A stretch of DNA of 64,000 nt, from NCBI GenBank assembly GCA_030141605.1, contig JAQGDQ010002373.1, positions 95,921-159,920 on the forward strand, read 5' to 3'. This document shows positions 46,601-58,700 of this stretch, in pieces. Position 1 is the first letter of the stretch. Every line of letters starts with the position of its first letter. Source of the DNA: Tubiluchus corallicola. Taxonomy: Eukaryota > Animalia > Priapulida. The notes beneath the pieces were generated by a model that did not search any database, was not told the origin of the DNA, and saw only the letters and a list, made by a program, of their open reading frames with translations. A program made the translations under genes and the position numbers.

Positions 46601-49600
46601 TGACAAATAAAAAGCGAAACATACCGTATATACTCGCATATAAGCCGAATTTAGAACTGTAAAATACAATACTGAAATCAGGGGGTCGGCTTATATGCAC
46701 ATGAAACAAAATGAACACAAGGACAGACACTAATGCCAATTTTCCAGCCACACATTTTCATCGCTATCTGACTCTTTATTTGGTTGTGTGTCACCAGTGG
46801 TGTATTGGAGGGGGATCGTGGGGGATCGCCGTCCACCCACTTTTTTTTTTAGAAAAAATTCACAATTCAATAAATGTCTGCTTTTTGTATTCATTAGATA
46901 AAAAACATTAAAAATGTATACAGGTTTAATATTAAATCTACTTGTTTTCATTTTTTCAAAAAACGGTTTTAAATAATGTCAATTTCTTTCAAATTTGTGA
47001 ATGTAAAATGGTAAGTCTTGAGACTAGCCGTCCACCTACTTTTTATTTAGCAATACACCACTGTGTGTCACCAGTTGCGAGCCGTAACCAAGCCGACGTC
47101 ATCAGCCAATTGGTAGGCAGCGCGTGGGGAGACGAGGGTCACGTGGCTTATAGAGGAACAGCAAACCAATGAGGCAAACGTGAGCACGCGGCCACAGAAT
47201 TTAAAAGTGTGCTGAATTTTGATAATTTTAGTTGTAAAATTATTTGTGCAATACACCATGCCTGGAGAAAAAAGAAAATGTAACAAAATGTGACAAAAAG
47301 GGATGAATTTTGTTGATTGGGTATGGAGTCAAATTAGACAAGTTGATGGTCGGCTTATATACGGGTTTTTGCAAAAACTGGCCATTTTAAAGCAGTGTTA
47401 GGGGGTCGGCTTATATGCGATGTAGGCTTATATGCGAGTATATACGGTAAACATATCAACGAAAAGCAACCTTGACTTAACGGTTTCATTAACTGAATTC
47501 ACTGATGAACAAATTCATCAAAATGAAACCTCTAATACAGCCAATCAGAACACTGAGCAAAACCACAAGGCACCCAAAATGCAAATTTATTCTTAAATAA
47601 TTATCAACAAACAAATGTGCAATTATGTTCAGCTCTTGAATGACATATTGGTTTCTCATAGTCAAAATATTCTCACTAATCTGCATACATTATATTATAC
47701 TAACATTATCAACCTGCCGGCGGATCGGACTTGATCATTCATATTCACATTAAACAGCAACAAGAATTTTTACACTCTTTAACAGCACTGAGAATAACTA
47801 GTATATCCCACAAATGGAGGGTAAATTCTTTGATTACATGGAATCTCTCAGCAGCAGTTGTTCTCTTTTGGTGCTATTAAGAAACATAGAGACATTTTCT
47901 CTTTTTTTTAATAATAAAAATTTAGAGTTAACAAAAACTACTCCAAATTTTTGTCTAGACCGTTGCTGTCCAGTACAAAATATGATAGCATGCAAATTAT
48001 CTGTTTACGTGGGACATACTGGCTAGTAAGAAATCTCTTCTTTGTACTGTTAAGAGTAACTTGCAAAACATAGACATTTTCTCTCTCTAAATTACAGGCA
48101 ATCTAGAGTTAACAAAAAGTACTCCAAACTTTTGTCTATAACGTTGCAGTCCAGTACAGAATATGATACAATATACTGCAGCCACCCACCGTTGCATTTA
48201 AGTTACGGCAACAAATATTAATGAAGACCAGGCTGTTAAGGTTTGACTGTGATCTTTAATTTAAAGAAGAAAAATAAACAAACAAACAAGTGCTGCATAC
48301 AAGATGAGAACACTTGGGATCACCATCTGGACCTCTGTTCTGACCACCAAAGAACACTGGAACCTCTTCCATTGCTATATCATCAAGTATTAGCTGTTGC
48401 CAGTTATCTGAAAAATTAAAGTGTTCCATAATATAATCAAACCTCCTCTTACTGCCCAATTTGGGACTGCAAAAAAGTTGGCATTAAGTGAATTTGGCAT
48501 TATAACAAGGTGTATTAATACTTACATCTGCACAAATATAGACATTTTGTTTTGCTGAAAATATGAGCATTAAGCGAGGTTGGCATTATAATGAGGTAAG
48601 ACTGTATGAGTTTAACAATAACTTGATTTCATCAACTAAAACTGCTATGTTGGAGCTGACTAACCAACAGCACTGTCTTGTTAAAGAACAACCAACTGTC
48701 ATCTGCCACAAGCCAAACACACAAAATGTTTGGCCACAATTAGTGAGCATGCCTAATTTTCAGAATTTTTAAATAATTTTCTATTACACGAAATGATTAA
48801 GCATCTTAACATTAATGACTGATTCTCTCAGCAATTAGTTTGTAATCTAATCTGAAAAAATGACTTCTTTAGTTAAAATTAAGGAAATCCAAAAAACATA
48901 TAAGTCTTTGAAATTAAACTTATTTTATTATTCTGCACAAATTGTAATAGCAGTTTGCTCTCCAGTCAAATTAACTAAATAAAGCTTTATACAGTAATTA
49001 CATTAATTACATATTTCATATTTACACTTTAAACAATCATATAGTCAAAATTATCTTCCAGCCTCTGTTACATATTTATAGACTTCTTACCGCTATGTAT
49101 TCGAATTTTATTTCGTGTGTGCTGTGTTAGAAATGGCTTCACAATAGCATAGGCAATAGGAAAAATCTTTGGTGCTGTAAAACAAAATAGTACTTCGTGA
49201 AAATTTTTATTTACACTACTCATTCTAGTCCAGCAACTACACTAATTCAAAATTAGATAGTGTAAAGAGAATTGTCTCATGATCCCTGTTTACAGTTATT
49301 AAACAAAAACAATGCAGAAAATAGCCAGATCTGTAACTTTACCATTTAACTGCAATAGGTCTAGGCACAGACTAATTCAGAACAATAGGTTTAGGCACAG
49401 GCTAATTCTGAACAATAGGTCTAGACACAGACTAATTCAGAACAATAGGTCTAAGTACTGACTAATTCAGAACAATAGGTCTAAGTACAGACTAATTCAG
49501 AACAATAGGCCTAGGTACAGACTAATTCAGAACAATAGGTCCAAGTACAGACCAATTCAGAACAATAGGTCTAAGTACAGACTAATTCAGAACAATAGGT

Positions 49601-52600
49601 CTAAGTACAGACTAATTCAGAACAATAGGTCTAAGTACAGACTAATTCAGAACAATAGGCCTAGGTACAGACTAATTCAGAACAATAGGTCTAAGTACAG
49701 ACCAATTCAGAATAATAGGTCTAGGTACAGATTAATTCAAAACAATAGGTCTAGGTACAGATTAATTCAGAACAACAGGTCTAAGTACAGATTAATTCAG
49801 AACAATAGATCTAAGTACAGATTAATTCAGAGCAATAGGTCTAGGTACAGATTAATTCAGAACAATAGGTCTAGGTACAGACTAGTTCAGAACAATAGGT
49901 CTAGGTATAAACTAATTCAGAACAATAAGTCTAGGTACAAACTAATTTTCTAAATGGTGTAAATCGAGTATTACTTTACTAGTTTAGAAAACACGTTATA
50001 CGATGATATGTAAAAGCAAAGACAAAACTTACACTACAAATTAAGTACAAAACACAATGTGTTTAATATCTATGGTTAGAGTCAGGTAGCTACACTTACC
50101 ATTTACAACATTTAGTTTGTACAAAGTCTCTGGATAATGATCCTCCATCATCCGCAGTAAATCTAGGCACATATCTATACCTACACGAAGAAAAACGTTA
50201 ATCATATGTAAATAAATTAGTGTTCAGGTTTTTTAAAGATTGATACAGGGCAATATCTAAGACATTGTCATTTCTAAATTCAGTTGTCGGCAGTAAGTAG
50301 CTTCTGAAAGCCATGAATATACCTCGAGTATCAACCTGTAGTCAATGGGACTGTAACCACTTCTCAGAGCTTGTTTTGAACGAATAATAAACTAGGGGTG
50401 TACACAAATAACGATAATTTGAAGCTTCAAATAAAATACTATCCAATTCTGCTACACACTGCATTGACCACATATTGAATACCACCCACACATTTGCGGA
50501 GACAAAAACCTTGGCACTAAGCGAACATCATTGTCCCGATGAAAAGAATCTGCTGTCTTTGCTCCCATACAGCCGAAAAACAATTACACCAATGTCAGCT
50601 CATTGCCTGGGCAATACTAATTCACTGGGAAGTTGGATATATATTTAATTGTCCATATGACAACAAACAGCAGAACTCGGTATGGGAACATTTCGAAAAA
50701 GTCCCATTCAAACACAGTAAAATGTTTATTATGCAAAAACAAGTTATTAAAAAATCAACAAGCCCTATATTCAATCATGTACAGCCCTAAGTAATGCAGT
50801 GATATTGCAGTAATTAACACCACAGTTCAATCCAGATAAGAGTGTGGTATGCATAATTTATCATATCAGTTCATCTGTTAACATCTACAGTGGTACAGTA
50901 ACTGCTGCCCTGTATTTTGCGTTTGTCTATTTCCATGAGTGGACTACCGAGGTCAAATATCTCAGGGGCGAACATTCGATTATTCAAAAATGTTTTCCTC
51001 GAATCTTCGAAGAATAAATTATTCGAAATTCCCACCCTTATAATAAACGATGATCACTGATTGTACATCAATAGAATGACCACATACACAGAACTTTTTG
51101 CACTCATCTACCTCAGACATCATACATACCAGGCTTGTATGTAACATGTTTCAGGGCAAGATTCTCTAGGTCAAACACAACTGTAATGCCCTCTATTTTC
51201 TTATCGTGCTAAGAAAAAAATATAACAAAGAATATGATACAGGTTACGTATGACTTTGCAATAACGAAAGTAAGTAGTTGGCAAATGTCATTTCAGATAT
51301 TCCACATACTGACAGTAATTTTATCAATAAAAATTTATATGTGAGCAATTATATTAATTATGTTTAAAACACTTATTGATACTTAACACTCTTAAAAACA
51401 AAACATTTGGCATATTAAGGTAAAGAACTGACTTATACATGGTTTAGAATATTCAGTAAGAGGTTACTTAGCAGGTATAAACAAAAATACAACATGTTGC
51501 AGGGAATTTTTTTACAAAATGTTTTCATTCCAACATATATACACCTACCTTTTTTGATTGCGCTTCCATGGCTTTGTACATTTTTTCAAGTTCATGAGCC
51601 ATGGACTTTAGTGCATCATTTCTAGTAGCAGAGTGTACCATGCCTAAGATAAATGCAAAATTATGAACTAATTGATATAATGCATCCACTAAAATATAGA
51701 ATGATTCCTTATAGCAGACTGTATATTTCATGCAAAACACATTATAATATTATGTCACTTTTCACATATTATCCAGTACTAGCATAAACATACTTTGATC
51801 AATAACAAATTTCAATTCCTTTATAAATTCAGTCATTCAAAAACCTTAAAATATTAAAAGTAATTTAACTAGTAACAAGTTTTAGTTCATTCATTCACTC
51901 ATTCATTCATTCATTCACGCATGCACACACAAACCCCAAAATCACAATTTACTCAGCAGCAGTAGGAAAAAAATCAATCCAATCAGTAATAGCACAACAC
52001 AACACTGTATAATTGGATTAACTCATATTTAGACCGAGACAGTTATCCTTAATTATGACAATAGTTATGGCATACTCCTCTATGCCAAAGAAAGAATTCG
52101 AACAGGACTTCAAGACTGAGCTCAAGCTTTCAGCTAATGCATCTTTATTTGTGCAGCTATTAAAATAGTACAAAGCAATGCAATTAACTAATGGACATGC
52201 CTGCGTTTACCTTTTAGATCCAGATCAAAATAATAGTACATGACAGGATGGCCTTCCCTATCTTCTCCGCATATTCCTTTTGGAGAGTATTTTAGCAAAA
52301 CCTGCAGAAATCATTAATTTTTGTATCAAGAAATCAATCCGACTTTCTTATATTAAAATTCCAAACTGTTTACATGACAGTTTATTCAGCAAACGAAGTG
52401 CTTGTAGCCTTGTACCCACAACTTAGAAAAATACTTGAAAAATGGATTTATCACTAGCCTATGCACACAGCTTAAAACAATAATCAGGTGCTACCCTATG
52501 TTACATTGATAATCATATTATACTATACTGTAGTGACAAATTAAATGGAAAAATTAGTTCTAGTTTCCTATGTCCTATCACAAGAAATATAACAAGGCTT

Positions 52601-55600
52601 TCCAGAAACTACACACAAGTTGAGAATTGACATCATTCGTGATTGAAATGCAAAATAATTGTCAAATACATTCGTTTTACAAAATTTAAGACAACAGCAT
52701 CTTTAGCTGGAGTCTCAGTACATAGGCATAGTTGCCCGATGAAATCAATGTACGTCGAGGCTAGGTACTGCAATTGACATGTATAGTGGCCTCCACTTAA
52801 AATGTACTAAACCTCTGTACAGCCACTATCACAATATGGTATCATAATCATAATATATTTCACGTTAAATCTAGATCCAGATTCAAAATTTATTTTAACT
52901 AAAATGTATCTTCTGCATTGGATTGTAATATTAATCCAAAAGACATTATAGTAATGACTGTGAAGAAACGTAGACACCATTGTAAGGGCTTAATATATTT
53001 TACTGACTGCGTTGCTAATGAATCATAAATCAATTTTGATGTCACTAAAATTTATATATCAAATATACCTGGGTGATAGGTAATATTGTAGAACATCGAT
53101 AAATGTGAAGAGTAAAAAAATTCATATTTGTGCCACATGACCCCAAAATCTACAAGCTCTAAGCTTGAACCTTGCCCTACCACTGTGCAAAGTATCAACT
53201 TCCAACATTACTCCAGAGCCAAGAAAAAATGGAGACAGAAGGACTGACAGCTGGAACCGATAATTTTATAATTGCGCATGTTAGGATATCTGCAAAGATC
53301 GCCTTGGCACATATAACGTAATCCCATTATCCCTCATAAATTTGGTAAGAATTTACGTGTGATGGCATCTGACTAGACACAGGTATACTTTCGAATAGAA
53401 AGCCCAAAATTTAAACTACTCATATAATAACTTTTACGCTTTTTTCACAAGTTAAAGATTTTGTCGCTTAAGTGACATCTTATCCACTGAACTTCACTTG
53501 TGTGGCAGCAAATTAATATTGAGATTGTCACTTCTGATTTTGTAGCTGCTGCAGACCATAAGAATGGGCACTCCATTTTGTTATGAGAAATTTTATTACG
53601 GAAAGCAGGAACAGTCGTAAGCAACTTGCTCACATGACACATCACTACTGTACAAGCAATCAACTCACAGTAGAATGTGATCGTGTTGTAACTTAAACTT
53701 ATAGTAAAATGAAAAGTGGAGTAACTTTTCAAGCAGCAACTTTTTTTTGTTCTCTTAGATCTTTAGCAAAAGAAATACTAATTCCTCAGCAAAATGCTGC
53801 ACATTTAATGGTTGCTTGTCAACTCAAAGCAAAACTATTCATGGTTATTTGCCCTACACTTCAAGTTGCCAGCATATGAGCATCAGCTCGACTTGGGTTG
53901 CATTTGCACATGTCCGTTATCGAAATACGGATGACGTTGCTGACTGGTCATAGTTTACTGGTAATTCAGAAGCATTATACCGTTATTTATTGAGCAGAAA
54001 CATATACGTTCAGAAATCTTTACACCTTATTTGGGACTAAAAAAAAGTTGGCATAATAGCGAATCCGATATTCTAATGAGTTGATTGATACATATGTGTC
54101 TATGCAAATACGGATATTTTGTTTTGCTAAAAATTTGGGTGTTAAGCGAGCTTGGCATTTGCATTATCCTCTATGTCCTAATTTATGTTTTGTACCTGAG
54201 AAAACACAAGCAGCGATAGCTAATCCCCTAAGTCCACTTGATGTAAAGCTTAGCAATTATTGCAACATTGTAAATAGTAATGTATAACACGTGGAAGAGT
54301 AAATGGAAAGCTATGTCATAATACTTATGGTACTATCAATCATTAACGATCAAGTAATACACGGATAACTTTAATAAATTTAAGGAACAAACGTTAAACC
54401 ACTCAGAGTAACACAGCACCCTTAATGACTGTTTATCTAGAAAACAACATTTTAAAAAAATTAGAATTTCTATTCACAGACCATAATACATTTTTCTTAC
54501 ACACACAGTAATGCTGCATTAAGGCCCAGTCTTTGCAGTTAGCAAGAGAAATGATATGAAAATTATGTAAGATATTTATCAATGCCCAAAGATCAGTACC
54601 TCTGGAACTTTGTATTCTTCCAATAGTTTGTCAGCATTAATCTGCTTTCGCCAAATGACATCCTACAAAGGAAAGCTGAATGTTTATTACATATAAGTTA
54701 GACAGATAATGCATACTGTGTGTTGTTAATGTATATCACAAAGCTACTAATGGTAGTGCAATTTTCTATTGTTACAAACACATAAACAATATTATGAAAT
54801 GCCATTTCATACACCATATTACCAGTACATTACAAAATAAGGCCGACTTTGGGGTGGCTGACTTAGTTGACTGTGTGGTTGTTCACCACCCTTTCTCCAT
54901 ATGATTAACTTTAATTTTAACATGAAGTAAGCTACTAGCAAATACTGATTAGTATGTAAAATTGTCAAAATTACTGTTTTGTTTATTATGCACTGTCAAA
55001 CTTAAAGCTGATAAATAAACAATTTTAATCTTAATCTTTGGTTGTAGGTCCAAAACCTTTGAAACATGTTTACATTTCTATAAGATAATATAAACTAAGC
55101 AGGTACATCGTGTATATAATTATTAAAACCTTGGCTGCTTTTAGGGTGGTTTTATCTACCTATCATTAAGAATTAAATGTGTGTCATTACAATCTTCAGA
55201 CACCATATTAAAAAGTGGAATTCTTACATTTCTAAGCATCAACTCCGATTTCTTCAGTTCAAAGTCTCGTGCTGAAATAGAAATTTTGAAGTGGATTTAA
55301 TGATAATTAAATGAGTTTTTTACAACTAAAGGGATCAATGGACAAATTATGGACAACATTTTTTGATGTCATTTCGTCAGTCATTTTCGTCAAATAGATA
55401 CCTGAATATAGCAAAGGTACATCAGTTTCACTAAAACCTAATTATCGATATTAGTTAGCGGGTAACGTGTCAGTCATAATAGACAAAACCACTGCCAGTC
55501 AAATCACAAACTTTCATAAGGTAGCAAAATGATGGTCAATGGGAGAAATAACTTTTTCATTTATACATATTCTAACTAATTCTTCTAAGGATTCTTCAAC

Positions 55601-55773
55601 CACGATTTGTATAAAACAAAGTTTATTTTAATTTTAAACTCAGGATGTGAAACTAATAAAAGTGATGTCATCTATTATTGGTATTCGTTAATTATTAGCA
55701 TACCTCTCAGCCATCGAAGGTAATAGTAGTCATCCCATTCTGGCCTTGCTATATCCCTTACTTGAGTTTTAAA
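43682..55773 (-). CDS. SEC14-like lipid-transfer protein (CRAL-TRIO + GOLD; SEC14L2/3/4 family); first coding exon uncertain
   Basis: Twelve phase-consistent exons: 55773-55704, 55271-55228, 54662-54600, 52301-52211, 51643-51549, 51208-51130, 50180-50100, 49174-49091, 48407-48301, 46478-46330, 45118-44943, 43773-43682 (TAA). Motifs: DDYYYLRWLRARDFEL, GEDREGHPV, VVFDLENL, EDHYPETL, NAPKIFPIAYAIVKPFL, VPVFFGG...DGDPKC, GGEIPKSYY, and GOLD WEFITDENDIGFG...FDNSYSW. Candidate exon 1 is at 58253-58225. Confidence 0.92.
44241..44758. mobile_element. hAT-type MITE (TAGGGGTGAGCAT TIR, TTCGAA-rich)
   Basis: TIRs taggggtgagcat / atgctcactccta, with an 8-bp TSD cttgtcat/cttgtcac. An internal ~125-bp direct repeat lies at 44405-44530 and 44547-44670. 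Confidence 0.8.
46624..47447. mobile_element. pogo/Tc2-like MITE with TA TSD
   Basis: TA|CCGTATATACTCGCATATAAGCC ... GGCTTATATGCGAGTATATACGG|TA is a perfect 23-bp TIR, with subterminal gtcggcttatat repeats. Confidence 0.88.
46795..47063. mobile_element. hAT MITE nested in the pogo-like MITE
   Basis: TIR CAGTGGTGTATTG / CAATACACCACTG, with a perfect 8-bp TSD TGTGTCAC at 46787-46794 and 47064-47071. Confidence 0.9.
47882..48168. repeat. Imperfect local duplication (~105 bp, two copies)
   Basis: aaacata..gacattttct...tagagttaacaaaaa.tactccaaa.ttttgtcta..cgttgc.gtccagtaca.aatatgata occurs at ~47882 and ~48065. Confidence 0.75.
48432..48606. mobile_element. Tigger-like MITE; a related degenerate copy lies at ~54025-54160
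   Basis: Ends taatcaaacctc / gaggtaagactgta. The core tttgggact..aaaaaagttggcat...ttttgttttgct.aaaat...ttaagcgag.ttggcatt is shared between both sites. Confidence 0.55.
49353..49947. repeat. 30-bp minisatellite, ~20 copies
   Basis: Unit AACAATAGGTCTAAGTACAGACTAATTCAG repeated head-to-tail with few substitutions, inside a SEC14-like intron. Confidence 0.97.
50393..51040. mobile_element. hAT-type MITE (TAGGGGTG ends)
   Basis: taggggtg ... caccctta flanked by a perfect 8-bp TSD TAATAAAC (50385-50392, 51041-51048). TTCGAA-rich subterminal region, as in the 44241 element. Confidence 0.75.
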
Positions 55774-58700
55774 CTGAAAAAAGAATAACAGGTAGCTTCT
55801 TATATAAAGCTTTTTCTCCACATCAAAATCTGTGGACGAAATGTTCACGCAGATGTTTCAATCAACACAATAGGAGCTATTTATCAAAAGGGAAAATTTC
55901 CTCACAAAAACTGAAAAAGGAGTACATGGCAATGTGACTCTAACACTGAAATGGTGTCCGTTTGCTTAAACGTTCAGTGCTGTCTATAAAACAAGACCTT
56001 CAATTATCGCTTCAAAATCAAAATCTCTTGGGTCAGCATCTTCTATATCTGACAATATATCTACTAGCTTGAAATTAGACAAGCCAGTATGCCTGGCAAT
56101 GTTGTATAACAGTATATCCCTTTGATTAGAATAAAGCACACACTCGGACAAAAAATGTTCACTAAAGCTAGAATTCACTAAACCACACTCACAGAGTGAA
56201 GAATTAGCGCCTCCAATTTTATGAAGATGGTATAGTTAAGTTTAGAGTAGCCCATACGTAACTGAAGAAACTTGGAAAACTGGGGCTTTAGTGGAAAATC
56301 AAGCCTCCTATTCAAGATCTCAGAAAAACACAAATTAAAGCTTAATGATACCGGCACGCATGAAACGTTTAGACTAAATTGCTGAAACTAAAAATGTATG
56401 TTTACATTATTATACTTTGAACATTCCTATATGTGAAAGCAGATACTTTCTTTGTGCAGTTATCTGGATACGTAGGCACATGTTTAGTTTTTTAACACAA
56501 ATATTAATTGCTCAACTCCCCCCCCCCCCTAACAAGAGTCTATTTCTAGTGTTTTCCATAGTTATCCACAATGATATATAACAATAATATTATACCACTA
56601 AAAAACTAATTCCGTGTCAAAGGAAAAACAAAAGTTACTTCTCGTAAAATTTGATAGCTACAATAAAAAAATCATAGAAAGCATTTATGGTTACCGTGGA
56701 ATCAGTTTTTCACAAAAAAATTAATAACAGTGTTGAAGGAGATCCATTTACGAAAAAAACCCAACGACGTAATAACGTTAAAAAGAACCATTTATTTGAG
56801 AGAATCCTCAAAATTGAAAAATCGGGCTCTGCACAATGGTCCGCACCAACTTCGTGCAAACTTCAGCCTCCTACAGTGTAAACTGTGGCCTCCAGTAGTT
56901 TTCAAAGATAAATGTGACGATAAGATGACCACGCTTTAGAGACCACTTTGTATCGACCTGTGAACAATTTTACAGTTTACAGAGTAATGCATTTTTGCAC
57001 TCCACAATCTTTCAACGTTAACACCAGATAAAGCTTTTCTGAGAACAAAGGTCAAGTCATTGCATATTTGGAAGCACTTGTGATGTGTAAAAATATATCT
57101 GTGCTGATTACTGATTGTATCTAGATTATGGACATCTAACTTATACCAGATATTCACCTACTCTGATTTTTGACGAGTTTTCCCACCTTCTTCATAAAGC
57201 TAGTGCAGACCTTTAATAGTGGGCAATTTTAACTTTCATGTTGATTGTACAAATGGCAAAACTGCTGCTACCTTTGTATTTTTTTAAAGATTCTTTTGGT
57301 TTATCACAACATGTTGCTTTTCCAACACAAAAACAAAGTTACGCTTTAGATTTGATTATCTCTTAGAGTAACTGATAATTTGACACATGAATCACCTAAT
57401 GCTCGTCATACGATTAGTAACCACATTTCCCTCATCATTTACCTGCATATATTTTGCATTTCAGGAAATTTTTCATCATTATTTGTTATTAAAATCTCTA
57501 CTGTAATGAAAATTATAAAAGTTATAATGCTATTATGCAACTGTGGTACTACTGTTTGTAAATATATTTGCAATGACAATTCAAACACATGCATTGTTCT
57601 AAACCACTTCCTGTGTCATGTATTTAGGCTGTTAGCAGCTTAAGAACGTCAAAGAAGAACTTGTTGATCTTTGGTCATAATCACATGCAAGATTTTCGCA
57701 CTTTCAGACACCATCAGTATCTCCCGATCAAGATTAAGAATGTCAATGCAAATTAATAGCAACTGATTTGTTGACACAGCAGCACAGACTAAAAGGTTAA
57801 ACTCCAAATTTATGCCAGTGGCATAAGCAAGTGCTGTTATGATAAGAAAATACACTAACTAAATGAAAATCGAGCACAAAAATAGAGGCATCTAAAAAAT
57901 CCATAAAAGCCAAAGAAGGTGAAAAGTATCAAATAATGTCATAGATGTGCATCATATCAACTTTGTAGTTTTAAATCTAAAACTTTTAAATCTTTATTCT
58001 AAAACACAGCTAGTAAAGTACAATAGCACAATATTATTTGCTTTTGCTTCCCAACACGCTGCCAAATGTTAAAACCATTTTTACCTACAGTTACGTCTCC
58101 AGGCACCTGTGTGAAACTTTATGCACAGGAATTCTGCCTACAACCTGTAGCTATAGCAACTAGCGTCTTTATGAAAATTTTCAGAAAAGTCAAAAACTCA
58201 TAAAACTCAAAACGTTTAACTTACCTGAGTTAAGCCTCATTAATTTTCTCCATTGAATATATCTCAACACTTTTACATTACTTTCTATAGAAGATATGCA
58301 TCATTTAAAGACGTTTTGCCTAACTTCGTGTTTTTACTGGAACACATTAATCCAAATTAGTGGTTGTTAAGCGAGAACTTACTATATTTCTCGCTATGCA
58401 AAATATTTTCACAACATCTCGCTATAGTAGGACAATCGGTACACCTTCACAATTGACGTCAAACATATTGGTCTATCGCTCTGCCTCCGCTGTAACGTAA
58501 GCACGCTCAGCGGCATTTGGAAAAACAGCTCACGCTGGATAACAACTGTCTAAACTAAACTAAACTGACCTGAACAACGTGACAGTCACAACTAATGTCT
58601 AATCAGCAGATAAACTGATTGCTCTTTTTCATAAACACAAATTTGCAAAGCAGCAGCTATTTTAACACAAAATTAACACTTCAAGTAGCCAAGGAAATGA

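Noticed and set aside
49353-49947. CRISPR-like array of 30-bp repeats
   Set aside because: Units are head-to-tail with no unique spacers, there are no cas genes, and the context is a eukaryotic intron.
57155-57196. Alternative SEC14-like first exon MKKVGKLVKNQ
   Set aside because: The available GT donors give phase 1 or 2, which is incompatible with the phase-0 next exon.
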